A stretch of DNA of 64,000 nt from Candidatus Paceibacter sp. (GTDB taxonomy: Bacteria; Patescibacteriota; Patescibacteriia; S139-126), in assembly GCA_020724865.1 (NCBI GenBank), contig DYGA01000001.1:835-64834 (forward strand). Direction: 5' to 3'. Position numbers and translations under genes: made by a program. Positions 1 to 9,001 of this stretch are shown one piece after another. Every line of letters begins with the position of its first letter. Position 1 is the stretch's first letter. The notes under the pieces are model-generated. The model worked only from the letters and a program-made list of their open reading frames with translations, did not search any database and was not told where the DNA came from.

Positions 1-1973
1 GGATTGTTGGCTGCTTGAATTATTCTAAAATCATTATCACTCCAATAGGCAATCCGACCGCTGTAATCTGGGGTATTGCCGCTGGTCCAACCTTTGGTCA
101 AATCAATATATGGTATCTGACCGGTGTCGGAATTCCTTATTTCAATATATGAATTACGCCCTGCTGCGGCAGTTTCCAAAGCCAAAGATCCGTATCCGCC
201 AGAGGCAGCACTTTTACTTACATGAATAGCATGAGTTGGAGCAGAAATGCCACCGAGCCCTAAATTACCACCAATACTGGTATCGGCAGTATAAGTTGAA
301 GCATTTGAACCTGTACCTAAAACAGACAACAAATCCTGCGATCCGCCTGGAATACTATTACTACAAACCCATTTACTGGTGCCACTATTGTAAACCAATA
401 TTTGATTATTGGCACAAAGGTTACCGTCGCCATCGGTAAATCTTCCACGAATGGTTCCATTGGCCGTAACATTACCCGATTCATTTACCCGAAAAATATC
501 AATTGTGTCAGCAGAATTCCGAATCACTAAAGGTGAATAATTATTATTTATCAATCTGATACCTTCAGTATTAGCCGGCACATTGATATTCAATCTAGCT
601 GTTGGATTGGTATTAGCAATACCAATATTACCATTATGTAAAATGGTTAATCTTTCTTGGGAAATGGCAGATCCATCAGGAGTAGTCCAAAAAGACATAT
701 TAGTAGGATAATCTCCGCCACTACCACTAGCACCTCTGGTAACAACTATTTTTGCTTCATCTAAATCACCATAAGAAGTCGCAAAACCTATTTGGCCAAT
801 TTGATCTCCTGCAGAATTTTGCGAAGAATTTCTGTATTGAATAGTAAGTGTGCCAGGTGCGCCGTTTCCTGTTAGGAAAACACCACCAGCAGTATTACCG
901 TGACCAATTTTTGGATTACCAGCAAAAGTGCTGGCATCTGCCCCAGCTTGCAAGGTTTCTAATAGATTTTCTACCGTGGTATTGCCAACATTAGTGGTAT
1001 CGACACAATACCAACCAGGAGTGAAAGGAGCGCCTCGATAAACCAATAACTGGTCCGCAGTACAAGTATTATTATTTAAATCTGTAAAATTGCCCCAGAT
1101 TTTTCCCTTACCCGCTCCACCGCTATTAGCCACCACAGTGCCCGCTGTTAAAGTTTTGGCTACGCTAGCATCACCAGCAATTTGAACATTGCCATCTTCG
1201 GCAATCTGAAAAACGGTAGAATTATCACCATTATTAACTCGGAAATAATTTTGATTAAAGTCATTATCACTATCTATCCGAATCTGAAAATCTTTGGTAG
1301 CATTTAAATAACCTAAATAATCAATATATATATTGTTACGATCAGCTGTGGATATATCCAACGCTCTGCCAACATCACCTGATGACTGACCTACATATAA
1401 AGTAGTAGCATTGGAAGTTAAACCTGCTGTATTGACAACTTGTAATAAGTTACCATTAATAACAGAGGCAATAAAAGTTCCACGATTGTAAGCATTTATG
1501 GTGCCATAAAAGCTTGAAGATCCAGTTATACGCAGAGCTCCTCCAGCATAAATATCATAAGCAGAAGCGATATCACCTTGAGAATTATAACCAGTTGGCG
1601 GCGGACTTCCTGCGGTAAAATTACCTGAGACAATCGGTCCAAAAATCTCCACTCCGCCATTGGGCACAACATAACCGCCAGTAACACTGCCTACCATAAT
1701 TTTACCGGGATACAGTTGGGTCCAAGTTGCTGTATCTGCTGCGTTAGCTTCATCTTGAATACGTAAATAACCAGTATGCTGATCACAACTAGCTCCGGAA
1801 AAAAGTGGGGGTAAAATATTACATGAATCTGGATCAGAAATAGTTGGATTACAAGTTGGCTGCACCCAACTGCCGGTATAACATTGAACACCCATCTGTG
1901 CGCTAGCTATTGAAGTTAATCCAAAAACACCACTAAATATAAATAAACCCAATAAAAAAAATTTTTTTTGCAT
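1..1973 (-). CDS. Secreted tail-fibre-like surface protein (runs off left edge, >657 aa; missing from ORF track)
   Basis: Manual translation from ATG 1973 gives MQKKFFLLGLFIFSGVFGLTSIASAQ (signal peptide); start and left-edge segments are in the same frame. Contains GNIGIANTNPTARLNI and GNLGLGGISAPTHAIHV repeats and a PYIDL...DYSGRI motif typical of fibre proteins. Confidence 0.75.
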   Translation of the reverse strand, partial: MQKKFFLLGLFIFSGVFGLTSIASAQMGVQCYTGSWVQPTCNPTISDPDSCNILPPLFSGASCDQHTGYLRIQDEANAADTATWTQLYPGKIMVGSVTGGYVVPNGGVEIFGPIVSGNFTAGSPPPTGYNSQGDIASAYDIYAGGALRITGSSSFYGTINAYNRGTFIASVINGNLLQVVNTAGLTSNATTLYVGQSSGDVGRALDISTADRNNIYIDYLGYLNATKDFQIRIDSDNDFNQNYFRVNNGDNSTVFQIAEDGNVQIAGDASVAKTLTAGTVVANSGGAGKGKIWGNFTDLNNNTCTADQLLVYRGAPFTPGWYCVDTTNVGNTTVENLLETLQAGADASTFAGNPKIGHGNTAGGVFLTGNGAPGTLTIQYRNSSQNSAGDQIGQIGFATSYGDLDEAKIVVTRGASGSGGDYPTNMSFWTTPDGSAISQERLTILHNGNIGIANTNPTARLNINVPANTEGIRLINNNYSPLVIRNSADTIDIFRVNESGNVTANGTIRGRFTDGDGNLCANNQILVYNSGTSKWVCSNSIPGGSQDLLSVLGTGSNASTYTADTSIGGNLGLGGISAPTHAIHVSKSAASGGYGSLALETAAAGRNSYIEIRNSDTGQIPYIDLTKGWTSGNTPDYSGRIAYWSDNDFRIIQAANN

Positions 1974-2035
1974 AAATGATAAATTGACTTATGGCTGTAT
2001 AAATTATACAATAAATTCACAAAAAAATAAAATCC

Positions 2036-2662
2036 ATGCCTCTAGACCAACAACAAAAAAAAATAATTTATGTCACCGCTGCACTAATAGTAATATTGTT
2101 ATTACTAATCATTGTCTTAGTTTGGCAAAAAAATAATCTTTTAAACAACAAAGACAATATTCAACCGACCACTCCACAAACTAATGTCAATCAACTTGAA
2201 TTTGATACTGACAGCGAAAAAACAGAAAAACAAAAATTAATCGAACAAGTAGCACCCAATACGGATCTAAATCAATTTGATTTACCCGAACCACTTATCA
2301 ATAAAGAAGTAATTCAAAATCCAAACATTTCTCCTGCCTATAATCGTTCGGGAAGAATAACTGAAATAAATTTAAATAATTCTAGTATTACTTTTTTAGA
2401 CATGACTTTTGAAGAAAAATATTATGAAGTAAAAGTTGATGATAATACTAAAATACAAATAACCAATATCATTGAAACCTATTCTGATACCAACTCTCCC
2501 ACCCCTAGTAATGTCAGTACTCAAAGTTTTCAAGGAAAATTGAGCGATTTAAAAGTTGGCGACAATATAAATGTCCGCGCCCAACAAATGATCAATAGTA
2601 ATTCTTATACAGCTTTATTTATTGAAACAACACACATAACAAGTAAAATTATTAATAATTAA
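2036..2662 (+). CDS. Membrane-anchored hypothetical protein with C-terminal beta domain (DUF5666-like)
   Basis: N-terminal TM helix, then GRITEI...VKVDDNTKI...LSDLKVGDNINV pattern. Confidence 0.6.
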   Translation: MPLDQQQKKIIYVTAALIVILLLLIIVLVWQKNNLLNNKDNIQPTTPQTNVNQLEFDTDSEKTEKQKLIEQVAPNTDLNQFDLPEPLINKEVIQNPNISPAYNRSGRITEINLNNSSITFLDMTFEEKYYEVKVDDNTKIQITNIIETYSDTNSPTPSNVSTQSFQGKLSDLKVGDNINVRAQQMINSNSYTALFIETTHITSKIINN

Positions 2663-2665
2663 TAT

Positions 2666-3220
2666 ATGCGAACAACAACTATTTTAATTGTTGTAATAGT
2701 CGCCGTAGTGCTATGGCTTATTTCTATTTACAACAGTCTAATCAGACTAAAAAACCGCGTTGATGAAGCTTGGAGTGATATTGATGTCCAGCTTAAACGA
2801 CGTTATGATCTAATCCCCAACCTAGTGGAAACAGTCAAAGGCTATGCCAGCCACGAAAAAGAATTGTTTACCAAAGTTACTGAAGCACGTAGTCGAGCTA
2901 TGCAAGCAGGCTCTCTTCACGACAAAGCTGAAGCCGAAAATATGTTATCTAATACTTTAAAATCTTTGTTTGCGGTAGCGGAAAATTATCCGCAACTTCG
3001 AGCTAGTGAAAATTTTGCCAAACTACAAGATGAACTGTCTGATACGGAAAACAAAATCCAAGCCGCCCGAAGGTTTTACAACGGTATGGTCAGAGATTTT
3101 AACACCAAAATTCAAGTTTTCCCGAACAATATTATTGCCGGAACTTTAGGCTTCAAATCAAGAGAATTTTTTGAAATTGAAGAGGCTAAAGAAAGAGAAA
3201 ATATCAAAGTCCAATTTTAA
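2666..3220 (+). CDS. lemA: LemA family protein
   Basis: [26 protein letters not shown]; [11 protein letters not shown]; FPNNIIA. Confidence 0.95.
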   Translation: MRTTTILIVVIVAVVLWLISIYNSLIRLKNRVDEAWSDIDVQLKRRYDLIPNLVETVKGYASHEKELFTKVTEARSRAMQAGSLHDKAEAENMLSNTLKSLFAVAENYPQLRASENFAKLQDELSDTENKIQAARRFYNGMVRDFNTKIQVFPNNIIAGTLGFKSREFFEIEEAKERENIKVQF

Positions 3221-3258
3221 TTTATATTTTTTAAAATTTATAATTTAAAATTTTTTTG

Positions 3259-4131
3259 ATGTATTCCCAAATCGATAGTAACAAAAGAAAAAGTATAATC
3301 CTGATTACCATTTTTACAATTTTGGTAATCTTTTTGGGTTATGTTATAGGACAAGCCACTGGCTATGGTTACAATGGTTTAATTATTGCGGTAGTAATAT
3401 CTATTTTAATGACTCTAACCAGTTATTATAAAGGTGATGTTATTGCTCTAAAAACAGCGGGCGCTGTTGGACCAATCAGTCAGGAACAAAACCCTTATAT
3501 CTATAGACTGGTGGAAAATCTGGCAATCACTGCCGGCATTCCCATACCTAAAATTTATATTATCAATGATCCAGCTCTAAATGCTTTCGCTACCGGTAGA
3601 GATCCTGAACATGCCTCTATTGCTTTGACAACTGGAATTATTCAAGCTTTAGAAAATGAAGAGTTAGAAGGAGTAATAGCCCATGAATTATCACATATAA
3701 AAAATTATGATATCAGACTGATGATGTTGGTAATAGTTCTAGTGGGAGTAGTTACACTGTTGGCTGATTGGTTTTTGCGGTTCAATTTTTTTCGTAGTTC
3801 TGACAATAGACAAAATAACGGGGCGATTTTTGCTCTAGTTGGTTTAATACTAGCAATTCTTTCCCCCCTGTTTGCAGAACTGATAAAATTGGCTATTTCT
3901 AGAAAAAGAGAATTTTTAGCTGACGCTTCTGCCGCGCTATTAACCAGATATCCTGAAGGATTGGCCAGAGCTTTAGAAAAAATTGCTCAACAACCAGATA
4001 TTAAACGTGCCAATAAAGCCACTGCTCATTTGTATATTGCCAATCCCTTTAGTAAAAATAATTTTAGTAAACTATTTTCAACTCATCCGCCTATTGCAGA
4101 ACGAATATCGGCTTTGCGAAAAATGGCCTAA
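3259..4131 (+). CDS. htpX: HtpX M48 zinc metalloprotease
   Basis: NAFATG, AHELSH (HExxH), SRKREFLAD, STHPP; adjacent to lemA. Confidence 0.93.
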   Translation: MYSQIDSNKRKSIILITIFTILVIFLGYVIGQATGYGYNGLIIAVVISILMTLTSYYKGDVIALKTAGAVGPISQEQNPYIYRLVENLAITAGIPIPKIYIINDPALNAFATGRDPEHASIALTTGIIQALENEELEGVIAHELSHIKNYDIRLMMLVIVLVGVVTLLADWFLRFNFFRSSDNRQNNGAIFALVGLILAILSPLFAELIKLAISRKREFLADASAALLTRYPEGLARALEKIAQQPDIKRANKATAHLYIANPFSKNNFSKLFSTHPPIAERISALRKMA

Positions 4132-4138
4132 ATCATAT

Positions 4139-4168
4139 AGCCCTGTAAAAACAGGGCTTTGTTTTTAT
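4139..4168 (+). terminator. Intrinsic terminator after htpX
   Basis: agccctgt-aaaa-acagggct followed by T-rich tract. Confidence 0.65.
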
Positions 4169-4217
4169 TGCCAAAACTCTTATATTTTTCTATAATCTTT
4201 ATACTAAATCTAATATT

Positions 4218-6689
4218 ATGATTACTTCAGATATATTTAATAAATTTACCAAACACCTAAAAAACGCTCTGAAAATAGCGGGATTTTTGGCAAAAAAACA
4301 AAGTTTAACAGCTGTTGAACCAATTCATTTGCTCCAAGGAATTTTAAAACAACCCGGTAGTTTGGCAGCGGAAATTTTACATAAAAATGGACTAGTAGAA
4401 AACAGTCCGCTGGGAGACGAGCTTCTAAATAGTCACATTATTACCTTGGAATTATCGGCTGATGCTCAGAAAATTATTACTAAAATGTTAAATCTAGCAT
4501 TTGAATATCGTCATCTTTACATAGGCACTGAACATTTGCTTATGGCCCTGCTGTTATTGCCTGACGATAAAATTTTAAATTTATTTCAGGAAAAAAACAT
4601 TTCTTTTGCTAAACTAAAAAATAACTTAGAAATTGTTCTTAGTTCTACTTCAAATTTTTCTGATCTAACTGATATTTTTTCCGAACTAACCAGCGGACAA
4701 TTTCAAGAAGAAAAACATTTTGAACCAAAAAATTTAACCCGGGAAAAAAGTTTATTGGATCTATTTTCTACCGATTTAACCAGTCAACAAATCCAACAAC
4801 GTATTGATCCGGTAATTGGGAGAGAAGCGGAAATTGACCGGCTAATTCAAATCATTTCGCGTCGCAATAAAAACAATCCTCTGTTGTTAGGTGATCCGGG
4901 AGTGGGTAAAACTGCGATAGTTGAGGGCTTGGCTAAAAAAATATCTGAAGGTGATGTGCCAACTATTTTAAAAAATAAAAAAATTTTAAGTTTGGATCTT
5001 GGACTTATGTTAGCTGGTACCATGTACCGTGGCGAATTCGAAGCCAGATTAAAAAATATCTTGGAAGAAATAAAACAAAATCCAGATATTATTATATTTA
5101 TTGATGAATTACACAATATAATCGGGGCAGGTTCAACCACTGGTGGAACAATGGATGCGGCCAATATTATCAAACCCGCTCTAGCTCGCGGTGAAATTAG
5201 ATGTATCGGAGCAACTACCATAAATGAATATCACAAATATATTGAATCAGACCCTGCTCTAGAACGCAGATTTCAAACTATTCAAGTCAATGAACCAGAT
5301 CGAGAACAAACTATAAATATTCTAAAAGGGCTAAAAAAATATTATGAACTATTCCATCAAGTCGAAATTCAAGATGAAGCTTTGACACTAGCGGTTGATT
5401 TATCAATTCGCTATCAACCAGAAAAATTTCTACCCGACAAAGCTATAGACCTGATTGATGAAACCGCAAGTCGTGCTAAAATCAGATACAAACATTCTAC
5501 CCTCCAAAATAAATTGTTTACCTTATCTGAAAAAATAAAAGATATTGCTCAACGTAAATATCAAGCCATCGCTGAAGAAAACTATGATTTAGCTATAAAA
5601 ATAAAAGACGAAGAATATAAATTAAAAAAAGATTACCAAAATATTGAAAAAAAGTTGGCGCAAAATCCGCCACAAAAACCAAAAATAACTCCCGATGATA
5701 TCAGTCAAGTGGTAGCACAAATTACCAACATGCCTTTGACCTATCTCAATCAACAAGCAGACTTAAGAATTGCCAATTTAGAAAAAAAATTAAACAAAAA
5801 TATTATTGGACAAAACGATGTCATCTCTGAAGTTTGCGCGGTTATTAAAAGGGCTCAATTGGGTTTGCACAATCAAACCAAACCTATTGGTAGTTTCTTA
5901 TTTTTGGGTCCCTCAGGTGTTGGTAAAACCGAATTAGCTAAACGTTTAGCGATTGAATATTTTGGCAGCGAACAATCTTTAATTAAAATCGACATGTCCG
6001 AATATTCTGAAAGCTTTAATATCTCCAAACTTATTGGCGCTCCCGCCGGCTATGTTGGTTATAAGGAAGGTGGAAAAATAACTGATGCTGTCAGACGCCG
6101 TCCTTATTCGGTTATTCTTTTTGATGAGATAGAAAAAGGTCATCCTGATGTTTTTAATTTACTGTTACAAATTCTGGATGAAGGTAATTTAACTGATGCT
6201 GAAGGCAGAAAAATAAATTTTAAACACAGTATTGTCATTCTGACATCTAACCTAGCTTCAGATAAATTCAACAATATCCAAAATTTTGGTTTCAATCAAA
6301 CTAAAAATAGTCAAAAATACAGTTCACAACAAATCAAACAACAAGTGATTAAAGAATTGGAACAAGAGTTTAAACCTGAATTACTAAATCGTTTGGATAA
6401 AATAATTGTTTTTAATCCTTTGGAAAAAAATAGCCTAAAAAAAATTGTAAAATTGCAACTTACAGAGTTGTTAGAAAATTTAAGCAAACGCGGCATAACC
6501 ATAAATTTTACTCCCGCGGTAGTTAACTATTTAACCACCATCAGTACTGGCGAAAATAAAGGCGCTAGAGAAATTAGACGTAATATTGAAAAGTATCTTG
6601 GACAACCATTGGCCGATGCCTTTTTACAAAACCCGCAAAAAAAACATTTTTCTATATCTTTACGCAATAAAAAATTGTTTGTCAAATAA
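4218..6689 (+). CDS. clpC: ATP-dependent Clp protease ATPase subunit ClpC
   Basis: Clp N-domain repeats, two AAA+ modules (GDPGVGKT; GPSGVGKT), UVR coiled coil ENYDLAIKIKD. Confidence 0.92.
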   Translation: MITSDIFNKFTKHLKNALKIAGFLAKKQSLTAVEPIHLLQGILKQPGSLAAEILHKNGLVENSPLGDELLNSHIITLELSADAQKIITKMLNLAFEYRHLYIGTEHLLMALLLLPDDKILNLFQEKNISFAKLKNNLEIVLSSTSNFSDLTDIFSELTSGQFQEEKHFEPKNLTREKSLLDLFSTDLTSQQIQQRIDPVIGREAEIDRLIQIISRRNKNNPLLLGDPGVGKTAIVEGLAKKISEGDVPTILKNKKILSLDLGLMLAGTMYRGEFEARLKNILEEIKQNPDIIIFIDELHNIIGAGSTTGGTMDAANIIKPALARGEIRCIGATTINEYHKYIESDPALERRFQTIQVNEPDREQTINILKGLKKYYELFHQVEIQDEALTLAVDLSIRYQPEKFLPDKAIDLIDETASRAKIRYKHSTLQNKLFTLSEKIKDIAQRKYQAIAEENYDLAIKIKDEEYKLKKDYQNIEKKLAQNPPQKPKITPDDISQVVAQITNMPLTYLNQQADLRIANLEKKLNKNIIGQNDVISEVCAVIKRAQLGLHNQTKPIGSFLFLGPSGVGKTELAKRLAIEYFGSEQSLIKIDMSEYSESFNISKLIGAPAGYVGYKEGGKITDAVRRRPYSVILFDEIEKGHPDVFNLLLQILDEGNLTDAEGRKINFKHSIVILTSNLASDKFNNIQNFGFNQTKNSQKYSSQQIKQQVIKELEQEFKPELLNRLDKIIVFNPLEKNSLKKIVKLQLTELLENLSKRGITINFTPAVVNYLTTISTGENKGAREIRRNIEKYLGQPLADAFLQNPQKKHFSISLRNKKLFVK

Positions 6690-6698
6690 ATTTATTTG

Positions 6699-7358
6699 AT
6701 GTCAAAATTTTTAATTTTTCTAAAATCACTTTTTTTTCCAAAAGAGTGTTTGGATTGTGGCATGTTGGGTGAATTTATTTGTTCTGATTGTTTAAAAAAA
6801 ATTCCTATCCGACCCAGTAAACCACCGGAAAAAATAAGGTATCAAGATTATTTAGATCAAGTTCATGTGGCTAGTTTCTATGCTAACCAAATTTTAGCTA
6901 AACTTATTGACCTCTATAAATTTCACTATCAAGAAAACTTAGGGACAATTTTATCTCAAATCGCCATCGACTATTTGAAAAAAAACCAACTAACTGCTAC
7001 GCTGGCTGATTTTATTTTAATCCCTCTTCCCCTGCACCGTCGCAGATATTTAGAAAGAGGATTCAATCAAAGTCAAATTATTGCCCAAAATATAAAACAA
7101 TATTTAAACGCTCCTTTAATTGACGATTCATTAATCAGAACAAAATATACCAAACACCAAACTAAATTAAACATGAATAAACGTTTAAAAAATATTTCCG
7201 GAGTATTCTCTATCACCAATAAACAAAAAATAATTGGCAAAAAAATTTTATTGATTGATGATGTAGTAACCACGGGAGCAAGTTTAAACGAAGCGGCCAA
7301 AATTTTACGCCAAAACGGGGCAATTAAAGTAATTGGCCTGGTGCTAGCAAAAAACTAA
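6699..7358 (+). CDS. comF: ComF family competence protein (PRTase fold)
   Basis: CxxC...CxxC N-terminal ribbon, RGFNQS, LLIDDVVTTGASL. Confidence 0.9.
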   Translation: MSKFLIFLKSLFFPKECLDCGMLGEFICSDCLKKIPIRPSKPPEKIRYQDYLDQVHVASFYANQILAKLIDLYKFHYQENLGTILSQIAIDYLKKNQLTATLADFILIPLPLHRRRYLERGFNQSQIIAQNIKQYLNAPLIDDSLIRTKYTKHQTKLNMNKRLKNISGVFSITNKQKIIGKKILLIDDVVTTGASLNEAAKILRQNGAIKVIGLVLAKN

Positions 7359-7390
7359 AAAAATACAAACTTTGCGTTTGTATTTTTTTA

Positions 7391-7484
7391 TGGCGGAGAG
7401 GGAGGGATTCGAACCCTCGATAGGGATTTAAACTCCTATAACAGGTTAGCAACCTGCCGCCTTCAGCCACTCGGCCACCTCTCC
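7391..7484 (-). tRNA. tRNA-Ser(GCT)
   Basis: Reverse complement GGAGAGGTGGCCGAGTGG...TT GCT AA...long variable arm...GGTTCGAATCCC...GCCA. Confidence 0.95.
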
Positions 7485-7572
7485 TAAAAAAATAATATTG
7501 AATATTTTTAATTAATATCAAGTAAAATACCAAGTTATTGTAATGAAAAATATTATTAGTGTCAATAAATAA

Positions 7573-7598
7573 AAGCTTCTGAACGTTGTCAGAAGCTT
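7573..7598. terminator. Hairpin terminator of small membrane protein gene
   Basis: aagcttctga-acgttg-tcagaagctt. Confidence 0.6.
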
Positions 7599-7605
7599 AA
7601 ATTTT

Positions 7606-7767
7606 TTATTGTGCCAAAGTGGTTGGAACCTGACTAAGAATCGCCAAAGCGATTTCCAGTATTCTCGCTATTAGAGCAATAAGTCCATTAGCCACTTCGG
7701 GCATAAATATCTGGAGCACCAGAATGGTCAAAGCTAAAGTTAGAGCTCCTCTAATTGCTGTGTACAT
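7606..7767 (-). CDS. 53-aa hydrophobic small membrane protein (below ORF-track cutoff)
   Basis: MYTAIRGALTLALTILVLQIFMPEVANGLIALIARILEIALAILSQVPTTLAQ, with own promoter upstream and hairpin downstream. Confidence 0.7.
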   Translation of the reverse strand: MYTAIRGALTLALTILVLQIFMPEVANGLIALIARILEIALAILSQVPTTLAQ

Positions 7768-7769
7768 AA

Positions 7770-8070
7770 ATTTACACTTTAATTTTTATGAGGAGTGCTA
7801 ACAACTTAGCCGACCAACGCTAAGTGCTTGCGGTAGATAGGTCTACCTTTGCCCTCCTAATATTACCACCAAAGTTTAGTAATAATATTAGAAGGGCAAA
7901 GAATTAAACCTTTAGTAAAACATTTTATAATTCTTTAAAAAATAATCAAAAAAACCGCATGTTCTTTTCTGTATGCGGTTTGTTAATGTGCTCTGGTAAA
8001 AATATTTTTTACCACAACACACTAAATATTTTATTTTTTTAATTATATAAAATAAGATTAAATTGTCAAA
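7770..8070 (-). promoter_or_regulatory. Sigma70 promoter plus ~270 nt multi-hairpin leader
   Basis: Minus-strand TTGACA-16-TATAAT near 8042-8069; stems acttagc/gctaagt, ggtaga/tctacc, ctttgccct/agggcaaag, aaaccgcat/atgcggttt. Confidence 0.55.
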
Positions 8071-8097
8071 TTAACATTTTTTATATATAATATAGTC

Positions 8098-8601
8098 ATG
8101 CCAATAGATTTAACCAAAGTAGACAAAGATACCGGCAAAGAAATTATTGCCTGGCAATTTCCAGAATTTTCGAAACAAAATTATAGCCGCAGCTGGTTTA
8201 TTGCTTATGGAGCAGTTTTGCTTGGCCTACTCACCTATAGCATATTTACTGCCAATATTCTTTTCATTTTTATTCTAATAATTGCCACGGTTATTATTTA
8301 CATTAATCGTCGGCGAGAACCAGAAAATATAAGATTCCGTATAACTGAAGAAGGTATTATTCTCAATGAAATGCTTTATGAATGGATAGAAATAAAAAAT
8401 TTTTGGATAGCCTACGAACCACCTGAAGTTAAAAATTTGTATTTTGAATTTAAAAACCTACTCCTACCCAGACTTCCCATACCATTACAAGACAAAAACC
8501 CAGTTGAAATTAGAAATATCTTATTAGATTATATTGAGGAAGATATAGAACGAGAAGGCGAACCAATTTCCGACAATATCAGTCGCAAGCTCAAACTTTA
8601 A
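8098..8601 (+). CDS. Conserved CPR two-TM hypothetical protein (PH-like C-terminal domain)
   Basis: W..PEF...W + 2 TM + ITEEGI...Y.W.EIKNFWI pattern. Confidence 0.6.
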   Translation: MPIDLTKVDKDTGKEIIAWQFPEFSKQNYSRSWFIAYGAVLLGLLTYSIFTANILFIFILIIATVIIYINRRREPENIRFRITEEGIILNEMLYEWIEIKNFWIAYEPPEVKNLYFEFKNLLLPRLPIPLQDKNPVEIRNILLDYIEEDIEREGEPISDNISRKLKL

Positions 8602-8678
8602 CTTGAAAACACTTATTTTGTTTGTTAAGATATAAAAGCTCTACCTTGAGCTTTTTCTTTAATGCCAAAATATTTTTA

Positions 8679-8753
8679 GCTCTCATAGTTCAATGGATAG
8701 AACGCGAGATTGCGGATCTCGTAATGTAGGTTCGATTCCTACTGAGAGCACCA
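8679..8753 (+). tRNA. tRNA-Arg(GCG)
   Basis: GCTCTCA acceptor, CGAGA-TT GCG GA-TCTCG anticodon arm, GGTTCGATTCC, CCA encoded. Confidence 0.93.
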
Positions 8754-8794
8754 AAATTAGAATACTAAATATTGAAGCTAGAATAAATATAGAT

Positions 8795-8950
8795 ATTAAA
8801 TAACTAATTACTAATAACTAATATCTAATGAACTTTCTAATTAACTTATTAATAAACTATCACCGCCTTGGCGGGATACCGCCTCATCATAATTATTTAG
8901 GTAGTGGGAAATAATTGATTAGTAATTAGTTATTTGTAAAATTAATAATT
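8795..8950. repeat. Inverted heptamer-array stem (AATTACT/AATAACT family) with GC-rich palindrome in loop
   Basis: aataactaattactaataactaat ... attagtaattagttattt; ccgccttggcgg in loop. Confidence 0.6.
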
Positions 8951-9001
8951 ATACAGCTAGGGGCTGTTTTTTATTTGGTTTGATTTGGTTATAATAAATA
9001 C

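Noticed and set aside
236-1891. Track ORFs 236-439 and 1691-1891
   Set aside because: Both lie within the long minus-strand reading frame 1-1973.
7324-7533. Short ORFs overlapping tRNAs (7324-7533, 52739-52978) and many antisense ORFs in the track
   Set aside because: They are shadows of tRNAs or of well-supported genes on the opposite strand or another frame.
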